Below, in pieces: positions 18,827 to 27,561 of a stretch of DNA of 64,000 nt. The position numbers and the translations under genes are program-made. The stretch's first letter is position 1. Each line of letters begins with the position of its first letter. This DNA is from Acidobacteriota bacterium (GTDB lineage: Bacteria; Acidobacteriota; UBA890; WLXD01). The notes under the pieces were generated by a model. It had not been told where the DNA came from. It worked only from the letters and a program-made list of their open reading frames with translations, and ran no database searches. The stretch is from the NCBI GenBank assembly GCA_963666055.2, contig CAXWPH010000015.1:1376001-1440000 (forward strand), in the 5' to 3' direction.

Positions 18827-21642
18827 CGACCTGGCGGCGAGGGCCGCAGGGTGAGGATGAGGGTGGGATCGAGGGGGTAGCGTCCAAAGTGGGCGCCGTA
18901 GAGGGCCAGCCCGCCGGGCAGCGCGGCGTCAACCTCGAGCCGGACCGTGAAGACCCCATCGGTCGCCGCCTGCGCCACGGCTGGGCGCGGAATCGGCACG
19001 TGGAGCCGCTCGCCATACGACCCCGCCTCCCGCAGCCGCCGGTCCCCGAGCTGGGCGTGCCAGGAGAGGATGCCGCGATGATCGGCGGGGTCGTCGGGCA
19101 GCTCGTAACGCCCGGCCACCGCCCCGTTTATGTGCACCGTGACAGCGCTCGGGAAGCGGGTTTCATCGGTCATCGGGTAGGAGTTGGGGTTGCGGCTGGG
19201 GTCGAGCGTACCTCCGCCCCGCATGTAGTCGTCCCCCAGGCGCTCGCTGTCGTCGCGGTCCTTGCCGAAAAGTTGTTTGGCCGAGGCCTCGAACACCAAG
19301 GCAGCGGCGTCCACCTCCTCCAGCAGTAGGTCATCCGGCCAGGGAATCTGATATTCGAAGTAACCCGCGCCGGCGCCGTTCACCTTCAGCCCATCGAGCA
19401 CCTGCCACTGTTTGAGCGACCAGTCGGCCTGCACGAAAGCGCCCGGCTCGAAGCGGAGCAAGCGGGCCGTTCTGCCGTTCGCAAGCCGCATTTCATCCGA
19501 TTTCGTGCCCTCGACGACGAAGGTCGTGAAGTTGCGGTGCTGCACCTTGCCCGTCGCATCTTCGAGCGTCAGCGCCAGCACGGCCACGGCAGGCGCGTCC
19601 GGCATCGGCACGGCGAGCGGCTCCAGTGCCCGGCTCATCCAGGGCTGGTAGGGGATCGTCCGAGCGGTCGTGTAGAAGTTCTGCTGCTGGCCCAGCGCAT
19701 CCCATCCGTAGAGGCGGACGCGGAGCGTCAGGGTGTCGCCGTAGGCGGGGCTGCCCGTCATGAAGGAAGCCCAGAGCGGTACCTCGACCGTCGTGCCCGC
19801 CGCCACGGCGCGGCTGAGGTCGCCGCCGGGGGCGATGTAGAGAGGGGCGTGCAGATCGGCCAGCGTCATGCCTTCGACGAGGGCGGCAAGGCCGGTTTCC
19901 TTCTCCGAGCGGTCGTAACGCCAGTAGCCGTTCCACTCGTTGACCACGTCGTGGTGTTCGGTATAGAGCCAGCCCGCAATGCGCGGATGCCGCCGGAAGG
20001 CGTTGACGGCGCGGTGATAGTCCCAACTCCAATCGACATCGCCGGTGCTGCCCTCGTAACCCCAGACGTTGCCGAATTCGCTGTTGATGTTCGGCTGACG
20101 AGCTTGCGTATAGCCTGACTCGAAGTTCCAGGTCGAGCCCGGAAACGTGTTCCGGGTGATCTCGTCGAGGTATTCCTCCCACTCCCAGCCGGGCCGGTAG
20201 GAATGCCACGAGTTGAGATCGGTCTCGGTGTGGCCGACTCCGCAGCAGGGTGAGTTGTCCTCCACCAGCCTCGTGGGGTCGAGGCCTCTGGCCAGATCGA
20301 CCATCGAGACGACCCATTTCTGCGTCTCTGGCAAGTACTGACGCTGTGGGCGTCCCCCCGTATAGAGCCCCCACGTTTCGTTGAAGAGCACCCAGGAGAA
20401 GATGGCGGGATGGTTGTAGTCGCGCCGGATCATCTGGCGGAGCGCGTATTCGACCTCGCCCCGCATCGCATCATCCGGCTCGCCCCAGCTGTTGGGCACA
20501 TCAGCCATGATGAGTAGGCCAAGCCGGTCGGCCCAGTAGAGCTTGCGCGGAATCCCGATCTTGACGTGGATGCGCTGCCCGTTCAGCCCGATCCGGCGCG
20601 ACCGCAAGATCTCGTCGCGCATGAAGTCATCACTCGGAAAGGTATAGAAGCCCTGTGGGTGATACGCCTGATCGAGCGCCAGCTGCAGATAGAGCGGCTC
20701 GCCGTTGAGCGCCACGTAGGGTATGTCGGCCCCCGGCAAATCGACCACCGAGATCTCGCGCATGCCGAAATACGTCTGCACCCGATCCGCGGCCAAGTTC
20801 GCCCCCTCGAGCCGGGCTTCGACTTCGTAGAGAAACGGATCTCCGAGCGACCACAGCCGCGCATCGGGGATGTGTACGTCGAATGTTACCGACTCGGTCC
20901 CAGCAGGCACCGGGTGGCTGACGGGTGCAACGCCGCCCGTTCGAAACGTCAGCCGCAGCGTCAAGTCGGCAGGTGCGGGCTCCAGGAGATACGCGGTCAC
21001 GGTGGCCTTGTCGGCAGCCAGGTCGGGGGTAAAGTGGACGGCGTCGAGGGGGGCGTCGCCGCGCGCTTCCAGGTAGGGCGTCTGCCAGATACCGCGTGCG
21101 GGGCCATAGCCCTGTTTGCCCTCCAACTTGAACGGATGCGGCGTGTCGTCGACGCGAAGCACAAGGCGTTGGGTCGCACCGGGACGTATGTGTGAGGTCA
21201 GCTCGAAGGCGAAAGGGGTGTAGCCGCCCTGATGGTCGCCCAGCTCGTGCCCATCGAGCCAGGCCGTCGTGCGCCAGTCGCTCGCCCCGACGACGAGGAA
21301 GACCCGCCGCCCGGCCCAGGCCACTGGGACTTCGACGCTGCGGGCGTACCAGCCGATGTCAGCTTCGTCGGTCACCCCAGAGAGCGGCGCGCCCCACGAG
21401 AACGGCACGAGGATCTCTTGCTCGAACGTTGCCGAGCCCCGCTCCCACGCCCTCTGCATGCCGTCATCCTGCGGATCAAAGCGAAACGACCACGGCCCGT
21501 TGAGGTTGCGCCATTGCGGGCGTTCGAAGTCGGGGCGAGGGTGTTCCGGCAGCGGGATGTCTTGCGCGGCTGCCGTGAGAGGCACAACGAGCACCAGCAG
21601 CGCGAGAGTGGCCCGCCGCAAACGGTTTTCGAAGCTCGTCAT
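18823..21642 (-). CDS. Glycoside hydrolase family 2, exported
   Basis: PEHPRPDF, LNGPW, GIWQT, LDQ, NHPAIFSWVLFNE (acid/base Glu), SEFG. Confidence 0.88.
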   Translation of the reverse strand: MTSFENRLRRATLALLVLVVPLTAAAQDIPLPEHPRPDFERPQWRNLNGPWSFRFDPQDDGMQRAWERGSATFEQEILVPFSWGAPLSGVTDEADIGWYARSVEVPVAWAGRRVFLVVGASDWRTTAWLDGHELGDHQGGYTPFAFELTSHIRPGATQRLVLRVDDTPHPFKLEGKQGYGPARGIWQTPYLEARGDAPLDAVHFTPDLAADKATVTAYLLEPAPADLTLRLTFRTGGVAPVSHPVPAGTESVTFDVHIPDARLWSLGDPFLYEVEARLEGANLAADRVQTYFGMREISVVDLPGADIPYVALNGEPLYLQLALDQAYHPQGFYTFPSDDFMRDEILRSRRIGLNGQRIHVKIGIPRKLYWADRLGLLIMADVPNSWGEPDDAMRGEVEYALRQMIRRDYNHPAIFSWVLFNETWGLYTGGRPQRQYLPETQKWVVSMVDLARGLDPTRLVEDNSPCCGVGHTETDLNSWHSYRPGWEWEEYLDEITRNTFPGSTWNFESGYTQARQPNINSEFGNVWGYEGSTGDVDWSWDYHRAVNAFRRHPRIAGWLYTEHHDVVNEWNGYWRYDRSEKETGLAALVEGMTLADLHAPLYIAPGGDLSRAVAAGTTVEVPLWASFMTGSPAYGDTLTLRVRLYGWDALGQQQNFYTTARTIPYQPWMSRALEPLAVPMPDAPAVAVLALTLEDATGKVQHRNFTTFVVEGTKSDEMRLANGRTARLLRFEPGAFVQADWSLKQWQVLDGLKVNGAGAGYFEYQIPWPDDLLLEEVDAAALVFEASAKQLFGKDRDDSERLGDDYMRGGGTLDPSRNPNSYPMTDETRFPSAVTVHINGAVAGRYELPDDPADHRGILSWHAQLGDRRLREAGSYGERLHVPIPRPAVAQAATDGVFTVRLEVDAALPGGLALYGAHFGRYPLDPTLILTLRPSPPGR

Positions 21643-21699
21643 GATGTGGAATCCGGGGCCGAGGTCGTGCCAAGTCCGCCGAGCTCATCTTACTGGGCG

Positions 21700-21869
21700 C
21701 TAGCAGGCCGTGGTGGAAGTGTCGTGGGTGGGTGACAGCCGAGCAGCGGTACTCTCCGCCAGAGGCCTCCCGTCAACCTCCGTTGGATCTCGCACGCGCT
21801 GACGATAGGCTTCAGGCGCTCATCCAAACCGCTTTGTTAGCGCACCACACTTTCACCACGGCCTGTTAG
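21700..21869. mobile_element. 170-bp MITE-like element with IS5/IS1182-type terminal inverted repeats
   Basis: CTAGCAGGCCGTGGTGGAAGTGT (21700-21722) matches the reverse complement of ACACTTTCACCACGGCCTGTTAG (21847-21869) at 21/23; YTAG at both ends; no transposase. Confidence 0.75.
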
Positions 21870-21892
21870 GGGCGGCGCCCCGATCGAGCGAA

Positions 21893-22681
21893 ATGACTAT
21901 GCGCCGATTCATCCGTCTATCATCCTTGTGGCTCTGTGCCTTTTCGCTGTTCGCTCCCTACGAAGAGGGCGTGGCGCAAGGCCTTGGAGATCATCAGTAC
22001 ACCAGCGCCGATATCGAAGCGGGCTCCCGGCTTTACGCGGCGGAGTGCGCGTTGTGCCATGCACCGACCGGCGACGGTGTGGACGGCGTAAATCTCAGAC
22101 TCGGACAGTTCCGCCAGCCGCTGTCGGATTTCGCTCTCCGCCAGCTGATCACAACAGGGCTGGCCGAGGCGCGCATGCCTGGTTTCGATTTTGACCCGAC
22201 CGAGCTCGACGCAATCGTGGCGTTCATCCGGTCGGGGTTCGATCCTGAGGGCACGGCGGTCAAGGTCGGTGAGGCGACTCGCGGGCGGGTGCTCTTCGAA
22301 GCGGAAGACGGTTGCGCTTCGTGCCATCGCGTCAACGGACGGGGCCCCCGGACCGCGCCGGATCTCAGTGACATTGGCTCCGTTCGCACGCCCGCCGCAC
22401 TGCAGCGGGCCCTGCTCGATCCGGCCGCCGCCCTCTTGCCGATCAACCGACCCGTGCGAGCCGTGACACGCGTTGGCGAGACCATCAGCGGTAGGCGGTT
22501 GAACGAGGACACGTACACGGTGCAACTGATCGATTCGGAGGGGCGACTACGTTCGCTCCTGAAGGCCGATCTGGTGGAGTTCGAGGTGAGTCGATCACCG
22601 ACGATGGAGCCGACGACGCTCTCCAGCGACGAGGTCGCGGATGTCATCGGGTACCTGCTCTCGCTGAGAGGCCTCCAATGA
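21893..22681 (+). CDS. Di-heme cytochrome c with putative heme-binding domain
   Basis: CALCH and CASCH motifs, PDLSDIG, signal peptide; ATGA-coupled to the quinoprotein gene. Confidence 0.88.
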   Translation: MTMRRFIRLSSLWLCAFSLFAPYEEGVAQGLGDHQYTSADIEAGSRLYAAECALCHAPTGDGVDGVNLRLGQFRQPLSDFALRQLITTGLAEARMPGFDFDPTELDAIVAFIRSGFDPEGTAVKVGEATRGRVLFEAEDGCASCHRVNGRGPRTAPDLSDIGSVRTPAALQRALLDPAAALLPINRPVRAVTRVGETISGRRLNEDTYTVQLIDSEGRLRSLLKADLVEFEVSRSPTMEPTTLSSDEVADVIGYLLSLRGLQ

Positions 22682-24336
22682 ACACCGTCCAACGCACGAT
22701 GCTGTTGGGGCTCGTCGTCGGAGGTCTGGTGGCGCCCCATCAGCTACTGGCGCAGGTATCGTACGAGCAGATCCTGAGCGCAGCCGACGAGCCGGACAAC
22801 TGGCTCACCTACAACGGCACATACGCGAGTCAGCGCTACAGTCGTCTCGACCAGATCACGGCGTCGAACGTCGACGACTTGGAGCTGAAGTGGATGCTCC
22901 AGAATCAGGCATTCGGGGCCTGGCAGTCGAACCCGATCGTCGTCGACGGAATCATGTACGTCACCGAGCGACCCAACGATGTCATGGCCGTCGATGCCGT
23001 CACCGGGCGGGTCTTCTGGATGTACCGGTACACCAACGCCCCGAACGCTACCGTGTGCTGCGGCGCCAACAACCGCGGCGTGGCGGTGCTCGACGACAAG
23101 GTGTTCATGGGCACCTTGGATGCGCATCTCATCGCCCTCGATGCGATCAATGGTCAACCGCTGTGGAAGGTCGAAGTCGGGGACGTGAATCTCGCCTACT
23201 CGATCACCATGGCGCCCCTGGTCGTGAAGGACAAAGTGATCGTCGGCGTTGGGGGAGGTGAGTTCGGGATACGAGGCTACATCGCGGCGTACGACGCCGA
23301 CACCGGCGAGGAGGCATGGCGCTTCTACACGATTCCCGGTCCCGGCGAGCCTGGCCACGAGACCTGGGAGGGTGACGACTGGGAGCACGGTGGTGCGCCC
23401 GTGTGGATCACGGGCTCGTACGACCCCGAGCTCAACCTGACGTACTGGGGCGTGGGCAACCCGGGTCCCGATTGGAACGCCGACCAGCGTCCGGGCGACA
23501 ACCTCTACTCGGACACGGTGGTGGCCCTCGACGCCGACACCGGTGAGCTGAAGTGGCACTTCCAGTTCACCCCGAACGATGGTTACGACTACGACTCGGT
23601 TCAGGTCCCCGTGCTGGTCGACATGGACTGGAACGGGGTGCCTCGGAACTTGATGTTGTGGGCGAATCGCAACGGTTACTTCTACGTGCTCGATCGCGTC
23701 ACCGGCGAGTTCCTATTGGGGGAGCCGTTCGTCAAGGTGAACTGGTCGAGCGGTCTGGACGACACCGGAAGGCCGATGCCGACGCCTCAGCCGGAGGGCT
23801 CTCCCACGTGGCCGGGCAACCAAGGTGGCACCAACTGGTATCCGCCCTCCTACAGCCCGCGGACGGGGCTGTTCTACTTTGCCGCCTGGGAGGACTACGC
23901 GACGATCTATCGGAAGGAAGTTTCCGAGTATGAACCGGGCCGCCCCTACCTTGGCGGTGGCTTCAGGGTGCTCGCACCGGCGCCTGGCGCGCCGACGATC
24001 GGTATCGGACGATCCTCCCCGATCAACAACTGGACCGACGAGGTCGGACACGGTGCGGTGATCGCCATGGACCCGCTCACCGGCGAGCCGCGGTGGAAGT
24101 TCGATCAATTCGACGTCAGCGACAGCGGCATGCTGACTACGGCGTCGGACTTGCTGTTCACCGGTGGCCGTGAGGGCTACTTCTACGCGATCGACGCGCG
24201 TAGCGGGGAGCTGCTGTGGAAAGCGAGCCTCGGCGGGCAGATCGTGATGGCACCGATCACGTTCATGGTCGATGGACAGCAATACGTCTCGGTGATCTCC
24301 GGGCACACGCTGGTGACGTTCGGTCTGCCCGACTAA
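22678..24336 (+). CDS. PQQ-dependent dehydrogenase, methanol/ethanol family
   Basis: RYSRLDQI, vicinal CC, GGEFG, GNPGPD, YDYDSVQ, W-docking repeats. Confidence 0.9.
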   Translation: MNTVQRTMLLGLVVGGLVAPHQLLAQVSYEQILSAADEPDNWLTYNGTYASQRYSRLDQITASNVDDLELKWMLQNQAFGAWQSNPIVVDGIMYVTERPNDVMAVDAVTGRVFWMYRYTNAPNATVCCGANNRGVAVLDDKVFMGTLDAHLIALDAINGQPLWKVEVGDVNLAYSITMAPLVVKDKVIVGVGGGEFGIRGYIAAYDADTGEEAWRFYTIPGPGEPGHETWEGDDWEHGGAPVWITGSYDPELNLTYWGVGNPGPDWNADQRPGDNLYSDTVVALDADTGELKWHFQFTPNDGYDYDSVQVPVLVDMDWNGVPRNLMLWANRNGYFYVLDRVTGEFLLGEPFVKVNWSSGLDDTGRPMPTPQPEGSPTWPGNQGGTNWYPPSYSPRTGLFYFAAWEDYATIYRKEVSEYEPGRPYLGGGFRVLAPAPGAPTIGIGRSSPINNWTDEVGHGAVIAMDPLTGEPRWKFDQFDVSDSGMLTTASDLLFTGGREGYFYAIDARSGELLWKASLGGQIVMAPITFMVDGQQYVSVISGHTLVTFGLPD

Positions 24337-24401
24337 GCGGCCCGAGAAAGATAACCGTTCGAGACATGATGCCCGTCGAATCCAAGAGAAGGAGATCGTC
24401 G

Positions 24402-26642
24402 ATGACCAAGAGCGACTACTCGCCTCGGGTTCCCGATCTCTTTTTGGCGTTGGCCATCGCGTGCCTGCCGGTTTGGAGCACTGTCGCTGCCGCCGGCGCT
24501 GTTCCCACGTCGTTGTCGGCGCTGACCCAGGCGCCGCCCGTGCAGAGGCCGACGTTCCGATCGTCGGTCACCCGCGTGCGCGTCGATACCATCGTTACCG
24601 ACAGCGACGGGAACTTCATAGACGACCTGAGAGCAGAGGATTTCCGGGTCTTCGAGGACGGCGTCGAGCAGGAGATCGTCGATGTCCAGCTCACCAGCCT
24701 CAGGAGTGGGCAGATTACCAACGTCGGCTCGCGCGGCGACATGAACACAGACTCGCTGTCCATTCCGCCAAACCCCGCAAGTCTGGGCGCCATCGTTTAC
24801 TTCATTGACCTACCCAGCTTGGATCGGACAAGCCAGCCGCAGCTCGTGCAGACATTTCAGGACTTCTTCGAAGGAGAGGGCGACCTGGACGTCCCGCAGG
24901 GCGTGTTCATGCTCGACAACACCGGCAGGATTCATGAGCTGGCGCCGCTTACGACCGATCGGGAAGCACTCCGCAACGCGGCGGAGATGGTGTCCAACGC
25001 GGGGGCGTCGACCAGCTCGATCTTCAGCCGGATGACGCGCGAGTACGCGCCGATAATGAAGACGGCGATCGACGCGTTGAATTCTGCGGGCACCGTGACC
25101 TCGGCGAACGAGTCGATTTCTATCCCCGTGCGCGAAGTCATCCTGAGCTTGGAGCGCAAGGCACAGAGAGATGGCGAGATTGAGCGTAAGCGCGCCGAGC
25201 AGACGCTCAAGAGACTCATCGAGCTCACCCACGCTCTGTCGGCGATGGAGGGTCGCAGCGCTCTGGTGTGGATCTCCTCGGGTGCGATGATCACCGAGGG
25301 CGGGCCCTACGCGGCCTTCGCAGCGGCAGTGCGCGAGGCCGTCGGTGCGGAGGTAAGAGCCTCGGCGTTGACCAGGTCATCGCCCGATCGTCGGATCCTC
25401 GGCCTGATGGAGCAGCTCTACGAAGTCGCGAATACCGGCAACGTCAGCATCTACACCATCGATCCCCGACCGATCTCGGAGCTCGGCACCCTCGGCACTA
25501 GAGCAGGAGTCGGCAACAACCAGGTCTCCATCGCGCTGCGGCGAAACGTGCGCCCGGCGTACGGCGACCTAACGGCACCACTCGTTGAGGTGGCCACCAA
25601 GACTGGCGGGTGCGCCTTTATCGGGTGGGCTGATCTCGATCGAGCCTTCGAGGAGCAGTACAACGACTCGACCCAGTTCTACCTGATCTTCTACGAGCCG
25701 CCAGCGCCGCACGAAGACGGGGAGTACCACCAGATCGAGGTACGGGTGGATTCCCCGGATGCCGAGGTACGGGCTCGTCCAGGCTACCGGGAGCTTCCAG
25801 ATTCGGTAACCAAGACCCGCAAGGTAGCCGCTGCGCTGGCTCTGCCCGGCTCGGTGATCGGCCGACCCTTGCCGACCAAGGCTTTCCATCGATTCGCCCC
25901 CGACGGCTCGTCCAAGATCCTCGTAATAGCAGGATTGCCGCGACCCGCGGAAACGGTCACCGGTAGTTGGGCGCCGGCGTTCGGGCGAGTCGATCCGGAA
26001 GAGGACCTTCCCGAGGAGATGATCGAGAGACTCGGCATCTCGCTTTTCAGCGTGCATGCGATCGCCTTGAACCGTGTCAGCGGGGTGAGTGGCGAGACCC
26101 ACGAGGCGGTGCGGCCCGGTGGAGATCTGGGAACGCAGGCGCTGGGCGCGTCGTCACGGTACTTCCACTACACGACGGAATGGTCGGTCGGCCCCGGCAC
26201 CTACGAAGTTCGCATGTTGGTGGCCGAAGAAGTCGGTGATCGCCTGGGTACCTCCAGGCTAGAGGTCGATGTTCCGCCGAGCGAGAATCAATGGCTGATG
26301 GCGGATCCGATGCTCGTGGCGGTGGATACGGGCGCCGGGCTGCTCAGACCCTTGCTGACCGAGAGCGTGCCGGTTGGTACCCGGGTTGCTGTAAGCGTTC
26401 AAGTCAGCGGGGCGGTCGGCCCGCATGTTGCGGCTACGATCCGGTATACAACTACGCAGCAGACCATCGTCGAAGTATCGGCCAAGGCGCTACCGCTCGA
26501 GAGCCCGAGCGTGCACGGCGGTGTTCTTCCTCTGCCGTATCTCGACCCCGGTGAGTACCTGGTCGAGTTGCAGATCGTAGATGCGACAGCTGAAGAGCAG
26601 GCGGTTCGGATGTTACCGCTGCACATAGTGGAGGCCAACTAG
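24402..26642 (+). CDS. Acidobacteria-type VWFA domain protein
   Basis: PTFRSSVTRVRVDTIVTD..DFRVFEDG..Q; SALVWISSG; IYTIDPR; Y-x-I-x-Y; DGEYHQIEVRV..RARPGY; RBS AAGGAG. Confidence 0.8.
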   Translation: MTKSDYSPRVPDLFLALAIACLPVWSTVAAAGAVPTSLSALTQAPPVQRPTFRSSVTRVRVDTIVTDSDGNFIDDLRAEDFRVFEDGVEQEIVDVQLTSLRSGQITNVGSRGDMNTDSLSIPPNPASLGAIVYFIDLPSLDRTSQPQLVQTFQDFFEGEGDLDVPQGVFMLDNTGRIHELAPLTTDREALRNAAEMVSNAGASTSSIFSRMTREYAPIMKTAIDALNSAGTVTSANESISIPVREVILSLERKAQRDGEIERKRAEQTLKRLIELTHALSAMEGRSALVWISSGAMITEGGPYAAFAAAVREAVGAEVRASALTRSSPDRRILGLMEQLYEVANTGNVSIYTIDPRPISELGTLGTRAGVGNNQVSIALRRNVRPAYGDLTAPLVEVATKTGGCAFIGWADLDRAFEEQYNDSTQFYLIFYEPPAPHEDGEYHQIEVRVDSPDAEVRARPGYRELPDSVTKTRKVAAALALPGSVIGRPLPTKAFHRFAPDGSSKILVIAGLPRPAETVTGSWAPAFGRVDPEEDLPEEMIERLGISLFSVHAIALNRVSGVSGETHEAVRPGGDLGTQALGASSRYFHYTTEWSVGPGTYEVRMLVAEEVGDRLGTSRLEVDVPPSENQWLMADPMLVAVDTGAGLLRPLLTESVPVGTRVAVSVQVSGAVGPHVAATIRYTTTQQTIVEVSAKALPLESPSVHGGVLPLPYLDPGEYLVELQIVDATAEEQAVRMLPLHIVEAN

Positions 26643-26666
26643 CGGGCGCCGGCGCATGGTTGCCTG

Positions 26667-26927
26667 CTAGGCGGCGGACTGCCGTGTGATCCACTCTGCC
26701 AGAACGATCTTCATCAGCGATTGGTAAGGGACGTCGCGCCGATTAGCCTCTCGTTTGAGCTCGTCCAGCAACCAACTTGGCATGCGCATGGTGACTCGCG
26801 AGGTGGACGGCTTCAGAGCCGGAAACACCGCAGGACGTGGGCTGCTGAAGTCCACGAACTGCTCGAGACGATCGGCCTGGCTCTCGAGGTAGGCTGCCTC
26901 GTCGCGGTTCTTCTTCATCGTACCCAT
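26667..26927 (-). CDS. BrnA/CopG-like antitoxin
   Basis: FPALKPST..MRMP..LLDELKREANRRDVPYQSLMK ribbon-helix-helix pattern. Confidence 0.8.
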   Translation of the reverse strand: MGTMKKNRDEAAYLESQADRLEQFVDFSSPRPAVFPALKPSTSRVTMRMPSWLLDELKREANRRDVPYQSLMKIVLAEWITRQSAA

Positions 26928-27180
26928 CTCCTGTACTTGCGCTTAGTCGTCCACGCGGTAATCGGCCGGATCCGATCCTCACGAACAGTGAATGGCACGG
27001 TAATGTGCCGACCGTCGTCGGTGAGGCCAATGAGCCAGAAGCGTGGCTCGGAGTCTGAATGCTGCTGGTCCGGAAAGTAGGTTCCGCGACCATTCAGGAA
27101 CGCGCTCTCGACATCGGCAACGGCGAACCTTCGAGACTTTATCTTGCTGAGGTTGGCTGCATCCCAATCTGGATTCCGCC
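26915..27180 (-). CDS. BrnT family toxin; start unclear, possibly 5'-damaged
   Basis: DWDAANLSK..ESAF..DQQHSDSEPRFWLIGLTDDGR..FTVREDRIRPITA. Confidence 0.7.
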
Positions 27181-27195
27181 CTGGCGCGGCCGATT

Positions 27196-27447
27196 GTGGA
27201 CATAGATCACGAGAGGAGAACACACGTGGTTGTCTCAAAGGGTGACAAGAACAGAGCGAAGGGCGTGGAATGGGTGGGCATCGGCGTTGCACTCGGCGTG
27301 GCGCTGGGGGCGGCCATGGACAATATCGGCGCCGGTATCGCGATTGGCGTCGCCATTGGTGCGGCCCTGGCTGCAGGTCAGCGCGGCAGAAAGTCGAGCG
27401 CCGGACAGGCAGACGAAGATGAGACAGGCGGAAAGCCACCGGAGTAA
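27196..27447 (+). CDS. Small glycine-zipper membrane protein
   Basis: GIGVALGVALGAAMDNIGAGIAIGVAIGAAL. Confidence 0.6.
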   Translation: MDIDHERRTHVVVSKGDKNRAKGVEWVGIGVALGVALGAAMDNIGAGIAIGVAIGAALAAGQRGRKSSAGQADEDETGGKPPE

Positions 27448-27561
27448 CCGAACCCGTGGCACCCTCGGCCGTATCTGGCGAGCTCACGCGGTTCCCTCCA
27501 TTGGATCTCGCACGCTCCGACGATACGCTTAGGCGCTTACCCACACCGCTTTGGTACCGAC

